Under the pieces are notes generated by a model. The model had not been told where the DNA came from, made no database searches, and saw only the letters and a program-made list of their open reading frames with translations. DNA of 64,000 nucleotides from Candidatus Firestoneibacteriota bacterium (GTDB lineage: Bacteria; Oederibacteriota; D2-FULL-39-29; JBBTED01), in the NCBI GenBank assembly GCA_038042445.1, contig JBBTED010000027.1, positions 1 through 64,000 on the forward strand, read 5' to 3'. Made by a program: the position numbers and the translations under genes. This document shows, in pieces, positions 49,665-59,500 of this stretch. The stretch's first letter is position 1; the number at the start of each line of letters is the position of its first letter.

Positions 49665-52409
49665 TTATTTATATGCAAATAGCATAGCATAAATAATCCA
49701 TATTACCACGCTAAAACCAAGGACTAAAGCAGTCCAACCAAATATACGTATTGCCCTTATAACAATCGGCTGATATGGTTCTACAAGATATTTTTCAAGT
49801 TCTCCACTTGCAACTAATTCTTCATATTCTTCAGGTCTGTCATTTTTTAATTCTTCAACAGAAACACGACCTGTAAAAATACTGGTATCCATTGGAAATT
49901 TTTCCGGACGCCAGTGTGTATTAAAAAAATGCACTGTAAATATAAACCCTGCGGCAAGTAACGCCTCATCACTATGAATAATAGTTGCAACATTTATAAA
50001 CCAACCTGGCAAAAACTGTGTAAAAAACTCTGAAAACCACAGAAAAACACCTGTAAAACCAATAATAGCAATTCCCCAGAATACTGCAAAGTAATCAAAT
50101 TTTTCCCAATATGTCCACCTTCCATATCTTGGCCTTTTTCCCAAACCCAAAAACCACTTTATGGATCCAATTAAATCCAGTAAATCTTTTTTTGTAGGAA
50201 GCATAGTGTTTGTTCCTGATAACAAATTTTTCCATGTTTTAAATTCTTTACGTTTTTTTTGAAAAATATTAAAAAGATGCGTAAAGAAAATAATAAAAAG
50301 TAAAATTGCGGCAACACGATGTATATAACCTGCTGTTTCAAAACCACCGAGAAAATGCGATACAATTGATGACCATTTTGTATATGAGAATTTTAATGTC
50401 ATACCTGTAAATGCCAGACTTATAAAACTCACAATCATTGTAATGTGTAAAATTCGTTCTAAACGTGAAAACCTCACAATCTGTTTTTCTGTTGAATATA
50501 TATCTGCTTTTGGAAATTCCTTTTTATTTTTCATAGAACGTGAAAACCATAAAAGCGTATGAACACCACTAAAAAAGAAAGTGGTGACAAGAAGAGTTGT
50601 CATCCCCCAAAAAACCCAGAAAAGATACGGATATTTTTTAGGGTCATGATGTGTTGCATGTGTTAAATATCCTGCAAAACGTCTATTTGCACCTGAATGA
50701 CATTTCTGACAAGTTTGGACAATATTCTTACGGCTTAAGTGCGAGTTTGAATCAACAACAGATAAAATATCATGTGCCCCATGACAATCATAACATTTAG
50801 CTGTCTTTGTATAACCCAATTTCGAAATCTTGCCATGATATGTATCAAAATATGTTTTGGCAATTTCCTCATGGCATTTTCCACACACATTCATAATATT
50901 AAGCTTAAAACCATCTTCTCCTGCCCGCCTAATAGTATGAGCAGTATGACAATCCTTACACACAGGTAATTCCTTGTCTGTTTTATTATGCAATGGGGAA
51001 TGAACACTCTGGACAAATTGTTCGTAGACACCATAATGACAACGCCCACATGTTTCAGCAACCTTGTCTTTATGAATACTTGACCCAATATCACTATGTG
51101 GAAGTTCATGATGAGCTGTATGGCAATCCGAACAAGTTGCAGTAACAAGCAACCCACTTTTAAGAAGTCCCTTACCGTGAATACTCTCAGTGTAATTTTC
51201 AACAATTCTATGTTCTGTGCCAGTATATCGGATAGCTGATTTTTGTCCTGTTCTATGACACTTACCACAAAGATTTGGAACATTTAAAGGAAATATAGGT
51301 GATTTCGAATTTGTTTTTCCCATGATACCATGCGTTCCATGACATTCTTTGCAATTTGGAACATTTGGATCATTTTTAGCAAATAATTTTCCATGGATGC
51401 TATCTTTATATTCCTCAACAACTTCAGCATGACAATTTCCACAATCAACTTTTGTTTTTATACTTTCACAAGCACGATATTTAGAAGGATTCACATTTGA
51501 ATGGCATTTACTGCAGGCAATTTTTGTGTGTTTAGAAGAAGTTAATTCCTGATAATTTACATAAAGAGAATGTCCATCTCTTGATGCTTTTAAATCCTGT
51601 TTTGAGTGACATTTTAGACAATCCTTATCAGCCATTCCCTCTTCATAAAAAACCTTACGCACTTTATGTGGCTGATGGCAATCTACACAAGCGGGTAAAA
51701 CAGAATCCTCTTTTTCCCACAACTCACCTTTGATAATTTTTCTGTGTACATCTTCAATTTGCGTATGGCATTTATAGCATGTTGAAGCAATATTTTTACG
51801 AGATATTGAAGAACGCAAATCAGTGTGAGGTAAAATAAAATGTGATGTATGACACGATGTGCAAGTGGCAGTAACTGACAAACCCTTTTTTAGCAATCCT
51901 TCTCCATGAATACTCTCAGAATAATTCTCAAGAATTTTTGACTGATGAATGTTGCGTTGACTTTGAACAGGAGCGCCTTCTTGATGACACTTTCCACAAA
52001 CAAATGGCACTTTAATTGGTGATACTGCTGAGTTTTTATCCTTAACTTTTAATATATCGTGTGTTCCGTGACAATCTTGACAAAGCGGAGCCAATTTATC
52101 GCCTTTGGCAACTGCTTTTCCATGTAAGCTTTCAGAATATAATTTCTGTTGCTCTAAATGACAATTACCGCAACTAACTTTTAATGGTTTATCATGTGGA
52201 AAATCCTTCCCTTTTAGATCACTATGGCAGGAAATACATAGATTATTTTCATGTATAGATTTTTCAAAAACATTTGAATTAACTAATGGTGCGCCACTTT
52301 CTTTATCTTTATGACACACCATACATTCTTCATTTTCCTGTGCCTGCAAAAACATTGGTACACAGCATAAAAGGAAAATTATACTTATTTTTTGTATTCG
52401 TGAGTTCAT
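49665..52409 (-). CDS. CbcL-like cytochrome: 19 CxxCH plus a cytochrome b membrane domain
   Basis: 19 heme motifs counted; YWEKFDYFAVFWG, IHSDEALLA, HFFNTH.RPEKFPMD. Confidence 0.88.
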   Translation of the reverse strand: MNSRIQKISIIFLLCCVPMFLQAQENEECMVCHKDKESGAPLVNSNVFEKSIHENNLCISCHSDLKGKDFPHDKPLKVSCGNCHLEQQKLYSESLHGKAVAKGDKLAPLCQDCHGTHDILKVKDKNSAVSPIKVPFVCGKCHQEGAPVQSQRNIHQSKILENYSESIHGEGLLKKGLSVTATCTSCHTSHFILPHTDLRSSISRKNIASTCYKCHTQIEDVHRKIIKGELWEKEDSVLPACVDCHQPHKVRKVFYEEGMADKDCLKCHSKQDLKASRDGHSLYVNYQELTSSKHTKIACSKCHSNVNPSKYRACESIKTKVDCGNCHAEVVEEYKDSIHGKLFAKNDPNVPNCKECHGTHGIMGKTNSKSPIFPLNVPNLCGKCHRTGQKSAIRYTGTEHRIVENYTESIHGKGLLKSGLLVTATCSDCHTAHHELPHSDIGSSIHKDKVAETCGRCHYGVYEQFVQSVHSPLHNKTDKELPVCKDCHTAHTIRRAGEDGFKLNIMNVCGKCHEEIAKTYFDTYHGKISKLGYTKTAKCYDCHGAHDILSVVDSNSHLSRKNIVQTCQKCHSGANRRFAGYLTHATHHDPKKYPYLFWVFWGMTTLLVTTFFFSGVHTLLWFSRSMKNKKEFPKADIYSTEKQIVRFSRLERILHITMIVSFISLAFTGMTLKFSYTKWSSIVSHFLGGFETAGYIHRVAAILLFIIFFTHLFNIFQKKRKEFKTWKNLLSGTNTMLPTKKDLLDLIGSIKWFLGLGKRPRYGRWTYWEKFDYFAVFWGIAIIGFTGVFLWFSEFFTQFLPGWFINVATIIHSDEALLAAGFIFTVHFFNTHWRPEKFPMDTSIFTGRVSVEELKNDRPEEYEELVASGELEKYLVEPYQPIVIRAIRIFGWTALVLGFSVVIWIIYAMLFAYK

Positions 52410-52496
52410 TTGATTATATTAACTATATATATCTATCATAACAGATAACAGATTTTACGTAGGGCAAGGCTTTACCTTGCGAATGGCAAACCTAAA

Positions 52497-52621
52497 GAGC
52501 CTGTGTCAAAACCCTATTTTGTCATCCTGAGGCAGTAGCCGAAGGATCTCATTTTTAAAGGGCTTTAAAGCGAGATTCTTCGGCTACTGCCTCAGAATGA
52601 CACCTTTTTTGGTACAAGTTC
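52497..52621. mobile_element. MITE type 1, copy 3, inside the REP doublet 52459-52637
   Basis: GAGCCTGTGTCAAAA / TTTTGGTACAAGTTC; TSD TAAA (52493-52496, 52622-52625). Confidence 0.85.
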
Positions 52622-52651
52622 TAAAGGTTTGCCCTACAATGACTTTTCCTA

Positions 52652-54796
52652 TTATGTTTTATTTTTAAAAGCTAAAATATAAACATAAAAAGTTGCGCCC
52701 TTTCCTGTTTCAGATTCTACATCTATATGCCCTTCATGCCTTCTTATTATAGAATAAACTGTTGCAAGTCCTAAACCACTACCTCTTGATTTTGTTGTCC
52801 AATAAGGATCAAATATTTTTGTTATATTCTCTTTTGCTATGCCAACTCCCTCATCTTTTATCGCTATTTTTACATATTCACCATCTTTAATTAATAAATC
52901 CCCTTTAATGTCAATATTCTCTGCATTAATCTGCACCACACCGCCTTCAGGCATAGATTCTACTGCATTTATAATTAAATTATTAATTACCTGAATCATC
53001 TGCCCTTCATCAAATTCAACTGACCATAGATTATCAGAAATTATAGTATCAAATTTTACCTTAGAATTTCTTGTCAAATATTTAACTGTATCATTTAATA
53101 TTTTTGAAATTGACAAAACTTTTTTTATTGATTCTCCGCCCCTAGCAAAACTTGATAATTGTTTCGTTAATTCTTTTGCCTGCAAAGACGCTTTTTCAGC
53201 ATCAGCCAGTAATTCACCCAATTCCCCAGGATTTTGCAAATGCCTCTTCGCTAAAGAAATATTCCCTAAAATTGAAGTCAACATATTATTAAAATCATGG
53301 GCAATACCACCTGCAAAAACTCCTATTGATTCTACTTTTTGTGACTTTACAAACTCTATTTCTATTTTTTTCTGCTGTTCTTTTATTAAAAGAACATTTT
53401 GAATGTTAGATATCGCCGCTTCAAGTGAATCTTTTAATAAATTTAACCCATTAAGTTCATCTTTATAAAACATATCCCCAGAAAATTTATTACCTAATAA
53501 AATACAACCTTTTATTCCCCCATTTTTATTTACAGCAATCATTACCGCGTAATCCCCTGCATTCATTCCATCAAATATTTTCATTTCTGAGTCAGTAAGC
53601 ACTCTTCCTATTTCTATTTTTTTCTGAAGTTCATCTCTTATTATTATTTCTTCTTTACCCTCAAAACAATTCAAAAATACACTTTGATTGCTTTTTGTCT
53701 CCTTCATTGTATAAGATTTTTTATTTGAATCTTTACATTCAAATTCTCCTTCTATTATTGCTCCTGTTTTTCCAAATATTCTGATTGAACCTTTTTCTAC
53801 AAGAAAAATCTGAGGTATTTCCTTTAATAAATATTCAACAAGTTGGTTTTCATCTAATATACTTCTAATCTTTGATGTAAGCAATTGAATTGATTTAACA
53901 AAATCAATATTTTTTGCATAAAACTTTGCATTTATAAATGTACGAATTTTGCCACTAAATACTTTCAGGAATATAAAAGTAACAAATGTAATACAAGCTA
54001 AAGTTGGAAGGAAAAATGTCCTATGAAAATGAGAGGAAGGAAGTAGTATAAATACTATAATTATATTTAGTATTACCGTAGATGATAATATTGCCAAATA
54101 TTCCAATATTTTTCGCAATAAATATTGCAGGTTCACCATTTTTATGCGGATAAATGCATAAGCAATAGCTATAGTGTAAAATAAACTTGTTAAGTTCCCA
54201 AATGGATAAAATTCTATACCAAATGTAGGCAAAAAATTTGTTACTCCTCCCAATGCGCCTAAAAATGTTCCCCAGAAAATATATTTATATTGTTGTCTTT
54301 TTTGTCCTGAAGAAATCTTTATTAATTTAAAGATTAAAACTTGTGCATAGGTTATGTAAAAAGAGAAAACTACACTATATATCAAATCCCCTATATTTAC
54401 CAATGGATAATATCCCCAGAAATATTTTTTTAACTCATTACTTAAAATATTGCATTTAAAGTGTAACAATAAAAATAAAAAACTAAAAAAATAAGCAAGA
54501 TAAAGCAAAGTTTTATTTAATTTGGTTTTTATGTTTGCAACATTATAAACAAAATGAAAGGTTGTAGAAAAAATAAATATTGTTCCTGAAATTAATATAT
54601 GATTATATTTAACTGCTAACAAATATTCAGAAGTATTATACAACAAAAAGAAACCTAAATTCCATACAGCCATTGATAAATTCCAGAAAATATAAGCCAG
54701 AGTAATATTTTTATTTCTATTATTAATTAATATAAGTAATATTAGAGATATATTAAGAATAAATGCTACTAATGGCTGTATTGAATAAATTGTCAT
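52652..54796 (-). CDS. 7TM-type membrane sensor histidine kinase
   Basis: multi-TM N-terminus (WNLG, YFWGYYP..G, YPFGN), GAF-like region, AHDFNN, GSGLGL. Confidence 0.88.
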   Translation of the reverse strand: MTIYSIQPLVAFILNISLILLILINNRNKNITLAYIFWNLSMAVWNLGFFLLYNTSEYLLAVKYNHILISGTIFIFSTTFHFVYNVANIKTKLNKTLLYLAYFFSFLFLLLHFKCNILSNELKKYFWGYYPLVNIGDLIYSVVFSFYITYAQVLIFKLIKISSGQKRQQYKYIFWGTFLGALGGVTNFLPTFGIEFYPFGNLTSLFYTIAIAYAFIRIKMVNLQYLLRKILEYLAILSSTVILNIIIVFILLPSSHFHRTFFLPTLACITFVTFIFLKVFSGKIRTFINAKFYAKNIDFVKSIQLLTSKIRSILDENQLVEYLLKEIPQIFLVEKGSIRIFGKTGAIIEGEFECKDSNKKSYTMKETKSNQSVFLNCFEGKEEIIIRDELQKKIEIGRVLTDSEMKIFDGMNAGDYAVMIAVNKNGGIKGCILLGNKFSGDMFYKDELNGLNLLKDSLEAAISNIQNVLLIKEQQKKIEIEFVKSQKVESIGVFAGGIAHDFNNMLTSILGNISLAKRHLQNPGELGELLADAEKASLQAKELTKQLSSFARGGESIKKVLSISKILNDTVKYLTRNSKVKFDTIISDNLWSVEFDEGQMIQVINNLIINAVESMPEGGVVQINAENIDIKGDLLIKDGEYVKIAIKDEGVGIAKENITKIFDPYWTTKSRGSGLGLATVYSIIRRHEGHIDVESETGKGATFYVYILAFKNKT

Positions 54797-56049
54797 AAGT
54801 ATTTTTTTAATAATAATACTGCATTTACACCTGAAAATCCAGAGGAATTTTGCATTGCAATATTTACTTCTTTTTTTCTTGCTTTATTTGGCACATAATC
54901 CAAATCACATTCTGGGTCAGGATATTCATAATTTATAGTTGGTGGAATAATATTATCTTCTATTATAAGACAATTTGTTATAGTCTGAAAAGCGCCTGCT
55001 GGTCCTAAAGAATGGCCTATCATTGATTTTAAACCACTTATTGGCACTTTATATGCATATTCTCCAAATGCTTTTTTAATAGCAAGTGTTTCTGTTTTTT
55101 CATTTAATTGTGTAGAACTTCCATGTGCCTGTATATAATCAACATTTTCAGGTTTAATATTTGCATTTTTCATTGCTATTTTCATTGCTCTTGCTGATTG
55201 CACCCCATCTGGAGCAGGAGCTGTCATATGATACGCATTACAAGTAGTTCCATAACCAATAACTTCAGCATATATATGTGCATTTCTTTTTATAGCATGT
55301 TCTAATTCTTCCATAATAACTATACCTGAGCCTTCTCCCATAACAAATCCATCTCTTTCTTTATCAAAAGGTCTTGAAGCTTTTTCCGGCTCATTATTTC
55401 TCGTAGACAATGCTTTTATTGCGCAAAATGAATACATTGTTAAAGGAGCAATTGGAGCCTCTGTTCCACCTGCAAAAATAATATCTGCAATTCCTTGTTG
55501 TATAGATGTATATGCATTACCTATAGCTACTGTTCCTGCTGTGCATCCTGTTGATATTACATTGTTATATCCAACTATGCCTAAGTCTATTGAAATCTGG
55601 CCAACTGAAGCGCAACAAAATACTGCAATCGTAGTAAAAGTGCTTACTCCTCTTAAACCATTCAATCTATAGTTTGTAAATTGTTTCTCTGCAAAATCCA
55701 TTCCGCTTACTGCAATACCAATAACTAACCCAATTCTTTCAGGATCTTCGTTTTTTATATTTAATTTTGCATCTATTAAAGCCAATTTAGCAGCACCCAT
55801 AGCATATTGTGTAGATAAATCAGTTCTTCTAATTTGCTTTGGATCCATATATTTTTTGGGATCAAAATTATCTATTTCAGCAGCTATTTGCGAAGGATGT
55901 TGGGAAGCATCAAATCTCGTAATTTTGCGTGTCCAAGATTTACCTGCTATTGTATTTTCCCAGAATTCCTGTTTTCCTATACCACTTGGAGCAACAACTC
56001 CAAGCCCTGTTATAACAACTCGTCTTTTATTTTCTTTAGTATCATTCAT
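54793..56049 (-). CDS. beta-ketoacyl synthase II fold, type II PKS KS-alpha-like
   Basis: RRVVITGLG, STGCTAG, SRPFDKERDGFV, AHGSST, KSMIGHSLG. Confidence 0.85.
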   Translation of the reverse strand: MNDTKENKRRVVITGLGVVAPSGIGKQEFWENTIAGKSWTRKITRFDASQHPSQIAAEIDNFDPKKYMDPKQIRRTDLSTQYAMGAAKLALIDAKLNIKNEDPERIGLVIGIAVSGMDFAEKQFTNYRLNGLRGVSTFTTIAVFCCASVGQISIDLGIVGYNNVISTGCTAGTVAIGNAYTSIQQGIADIIFAGGTEAPIAPLTMYSFCAIKALSTRNNEPEKASRPFDKERDGFVMGEGSGIVIMEELEHAIKRNAHIYAEVIGYGTTCNAYHMTAPAPDGVQSARAMKIAMKNANIKPENVDYIQAHGSSTQLNEKTETLAIKKAFGEYAYKVPISGLKSMIGHSLGPAGAFQTITNCLIIEDNIIPPTINYEYPDPECDLDYVPNKARKKEVNIAMQNSSGFSGVNAVLLLKKYL

Positions 56050-56154
56050 TTTATAATAAATTAAGTCGTTCTGATTCGCCTGTAACAAATTAGCCAAAAT
56101 AAATTTCGCTACGCAATAATTGTCATCCTGAGCGTTAGTGAAGGATCTCGTCTT

Positions 56155-56295
56155 GTAACAGATTAGCCATTCTAAAAATACACATTATTATTGTAGCTGC
56201 AGAGCAAAGCTCTGCTAAAAAACAGCAAAGCTTTCGCTTTGCGGCTACATAAACCATACAAAATCCATTAAATCTTAGAATGGCCAACCTATTAC
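56155..56295. mobile_element. MITE type 2, copy 1, inside the family A palindrome 56122-56334
   Basis: TIRs GTAACAGATTAGCCATTCTAA / TTAGAATGGCCAACCTATTAC; 8-bp TSD CTCGTCTT. Confidence 0.85.
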
Positions 56296-56372
56296 CTCGT
56301 CTTTATATAGATTCTTTATTTCATTCAGAGTGACAAAAAAGGTTGTTGAAAAACTTCCACTCCATTTGCATC

Positions 56373-56957
56373 TTACACATCTTTAACACCAGTTTTAAAT
56401 ATTGGAATAGGGAAAAATGCCCATACTTCTTTTTTGTATTTTAGATATTCTTCACCAAATTTTTTAATTAGTGCTTTTTCCTCAAAAATAAATCTTAAAA
56501 TAATAAGTGGAACAAATGTAATTACAATCAAAAAAAATGAATAATAAGCATTTGCTATTAAAGGTAGACCCAAAATTTCACAAAATAAAAACAAATAATG
56601 TGGATGCCTCATATATTTATAAGGACCTTTTTTAATTAAAGGATGGACATCTCTTATTTCTATTTCTACAGTCCAGTATTTATCTAAAGTCTTTATTGCC
56701 CAAATAGAAAGCATCCAACCCAGAATATACAAAACAAAAGCAATACCAGAAATATAATAATTTATATTTCTTTCAATAATAAAAAATTCTATAGGCGAAA
56801 CAAAAATTGGTAATATATAAAAAATATATATTGATTTAGTTATCCATTGAAATGAAATTTCCCCTTCTATTTTTTTGATTTTATGTATTTTAGAAGTAAT
56901 AAAGAACTTATTTATAAATACAAGAATTGCGAAAATTAAATAAATATTTTCAAACAT
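56373..56957 (-). CDS. ICMT-family membrane methyltransferase
   Basis: LDKYWTVEI, LIKKGPYKYMRHPHY, EEKAL...GEEY. Confidence 0.88.
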   Translation of the reverse strand: MFENIYLIFAILVFINKFFITSKIHKIKKIEGEISFQWITKSIYIFYILPIFVSPIEFFIIERNINYYISGIAFVLYILGWMLSIWAIKTLDKYWTVEIEIRDVHPLIKKGPYKYMRHPHYLFLFCEILGLPLIANAYYSFFLIVITFVPLIILRFIFEEKALIKKFGEEYLKYKKEVWAFFPIPIFKTGVKDV

Positions 56958-56966
56958 TTAGTTTAT

Positions 56967-58334
56967 TTATTTTGGAGCTTTTGCCTTTGGATAAGAATAA
57001 GCTACATAATGCGAAGATAAATTTGCTATTATAGGAAATATTCTCTCATTTAACCTCACATTATTTTCATTCCAATTATTATACAATTTCATAAGCCTGT
57101 TAAAAACAGTATTTAATTCAAATAGTTCCTGAAAAGCCCAGCAATAACCATTTTCCAAATCCTTTTCAGACATATTTTTTGGTTTATAACATACATGACA
57201 ACAATCAAAATATGCCCAACTTTTATTTAATATTCTTTTTTCTTTTTCAAGTTTAAAAAATAATTGTGTTCCAGGCAAAGGTGTAAGAATATTTACAAAA
57301 CAATTGCCAATACCAGAATCTTTTATAAAATTAACTGTTCTTTCAAATACATTTATATCATCATCATCAAACCCAAATATAAATGAACCAAGAATAATAA
57401 TACCTTTTGATTGAATTTTTCCTATTGCTTTATAATATAAATCAACTTTGTATTGATTGCCTTTATGAACTTCTGCTAAATTTTTTTGGTTAATTGATTC
57501 AAACCCTATTAAAATACTTAAACAACCACTTGCTACTAATAAATCAAGCAATTCATCATCTTCATATATCTCAATGGTTGCCTGTATTGTATAAGGTGTT
57601 TTAAGTGGTATCATTGCTTTTAAAAGTTCTTTTGCTCTTTTTTTATCAACTAAAAAATTATCATCACAAAAGAAAATCAATTTTTTATCAATTGAATTTA
57701 CAAATTCTATTTCTTTTATTACTTTTTCAACTGATTTACATCTGTATTTTTTACCAAAATATGTCTGAACAGAACAAAATTCGCAATTATAAGGACATCC
57801 GCGTGTTGTTTGAAGTATATGAAAATTATATTTTTTATTATTTAATAAATCGTATCTGGGAATAGGAGATAAATTTATATCAGGTTTTTCAGGAGATTCG
57901 TATATTTTTTTTAGATTATTATTTTTAAAATCTTCTATTACCTGCTTCCATATATTTTCTGCTTCTCCTTTTACAATAGTATCTGCATGTAAAAGCCCTT
58001 CTTCTGGAAGCATAGAAGTATGAATTCCACCAATTACAACTTGGACATTTCTTTTTCTGAATTCATCAGCAATTTCATAGGCACGAGTAGCCAAAGATGT
58101 ATTGGCACTTATTCCAACTAAATCAACTTTTTCATCAAAGTTAATATCCTCTATGTTTTCATCTTTGATAATTATATTTACATCTTCTGGTGTAAGCGCT
58201 GCTATAACAGGTATTGAAGCTATCATAGCACTGTATTTTTTTACTCCAAAAACAATTGATTGAAATTGTCCTCCCCAGTTTTCTAATTCTGTATCAGCAG
58301 TTTTTCGTTTGGGAACAATCAGCTTTAAAATCAC
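56967..58334 (-). CDS. B12-binding radical SAM protein
   Basis: GGIH, RGCPYNCEFC, DDNF, GFES, TPLPGT. Confidence 0.9.
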   Translation of the reverse strand: MILKLIVPKRKTADTELENWGGQFQSIVFGVKKYSAMIASIPVIAALTPEDVNIIIKDENIEDINFDEKVDLVGISANTSLATRAYEIADEFRKRNVQVVIGGIHTSMLPEEGLLHADTIVKGEAENIWKQVIEDFKNNNLKKIYESPEKPDINLSPIPRYDLLNNKKYNFHILQTTRGCPYNCEFCSVQTYFGKKYRCKSVEKVIKEIEFVNSIDKKLIFFCDDNFLVDKKRAKELLKAMIPLKTPYTIQATIEIYEDDELLDLLVASGCLSILIGFESINQKNLAEVHKGNQYKVDLYYKAIGKIQSKGIIILGSFIFGFDDDDINVFERTVNFIKDSGIGNCFVNILTPLPGTQLFFKLEKEKRILNKSWAYFDCCHVCYKPKNMSEKDLENGYCWAFQELFELNTVFNRLMKLYNNWNENNVRLNERIFPIIANLSSHYVAYSYPKAKAPK

Positions 58335-58924
58335 TCTACATCCTTTCTTGCTATTGCAATTTTAGGAAAAAATCTATTCACCTCTTGTTTATAACTTATA
58401 TATTTTTCTTTTAATGTTTCAAGCATTGCTTTTTCTTCTATGATTGAACGTAAAATAATTATTGGAAAATATGTAATTAAAAATATAGTGAGAAAATAAT
58501 AGGAATTTGGAATCAAAGTAATTCCTAATACTTCAAGTAAGTGAAAAACATTATTTGGGTGTCTCATATATTTATATGGACCATTTTTTATTAACTCGTG
58601 ATTATCTCGTATTTCAATATCCACACTCCAGTATTTCCCAAGCGAATTAAATGCCCACTGCCTTCCAAAAAGACCTATAGAATATAGCATAATTCCTGCA
58701 CAACTTACAAACAAATTCATATTTCTTTTTGCAACAAAATATTCTATAAAACTACCAAAAAGTATAATAAGGTAGACATAAAATATATATTTGGATGTCC
58801 ATTTAGCAATAACCTTGCCTTTGAGTTTTTCGGATTTCAAAGTTTTTTTTCTGATTGTGGACCTTATATGAAATGTAACTGCAAAAAATATAATATAAAA
58901 TATTGTGAAATAAATGTTATTCAT
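58331..58924 (-). CDS. ICMT-family membrane methyltransferase
   Basis: LGKYWSVDI, LIKNGPYKYMRHPN, EEKAM. Confidence 0.88.
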   Translation of the reverse strand: MNNIYFTIFYIIFFAVTFHIRSTIRKKTLKSEKLKGKVIAKWTSKYIFYVYLIILFGSFIEYFVAKRNMNLFVSCAGIMLYSIGLFGRQWAFNSLGKYWSVDIEIRDNHELIKNGPYKYMRHPNNVFHLLEVLGITLIPNSYYFLTIFLITYFPIIILRSIIEEKAMLETLKEKYISYKQEVNRFFPKIAIARKDVE

Positions 58925-58942
58925 TATTTTTAATAGTACTCA

Positions 58943-59063
58943 ATCTATGTCATAATGGTAGCCGCAGGCTTTAGCCTGCGAAAAAATTGTAAAAAATACC
59001 GCAAGCTAAAGCTTGCGACTACCACTACAGAGAAAATCGCAAAAAACGAATTATGACACAGTC
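58943..59063. mobile_element. degenerate MITE type 3 enclosing a GTAG REP doublet
   Basis: ends CTATGTCATAAT / ATTATGACACAGTC; no clear TSD. Confidence 0.5.
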
Positions 59064-59500
59064 TAAATGACTCCTTCCAATTTGTTCTTTAAACCAAGCA
59101 AAACATTTCTTGTAAGCTTGTCAATTGCGGGTTTTGCTATGAATTTGGATAAAATCCAGCCTAAAACAGGTGGATTTAAGCTTAATCTGTGTGTTATTGT
59201 TAATTTCGTGCCTTCAGGAACTTCTTCAAATAGCCACTCGATTTTCATTCCTTTTAATCTGCCTTCAATTTGTTCAAATTCTATTGTTTTATTGATATTA
59301 AATTTTACTTTTGACTTCCACTTCATTATTTTACCTTTTATTTCTGCAACTCTTTCAACAATCATTCCACCATCTTCTGTTTTTATAAGCTTTGATGGTT
59401 TATACCCCGGTATATAGGTATGAGAGTTTTCAATATCCTGTGCAATTTTATATACTTCAGGTAAATTTCTTTTTATTATAATTGTATCTTTTGTAATCAT
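59063..59500 (-). CDS. SRPBCC/START-fold polyketide aromatase-cyclase-like protein
   Basis: AQDIE...IP, W.S, FEQIEG.LKGM..EW.F, GT.LTITH. Confidence 0.78.
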   Translation of the reverse strand: MITKDTIIIKRNLPEVYKIAQDIENSHTYIPGYKPSKLIKTEDGGMIVERVAEIKGKIMKWKSKVKFNINKTIEFEQIEGRLKGMKIEWLFEEVPEGTKLTITHRLSLNPPVLGWILSKFIAKPAIDKLTRNVLLGLKNKLEGVI

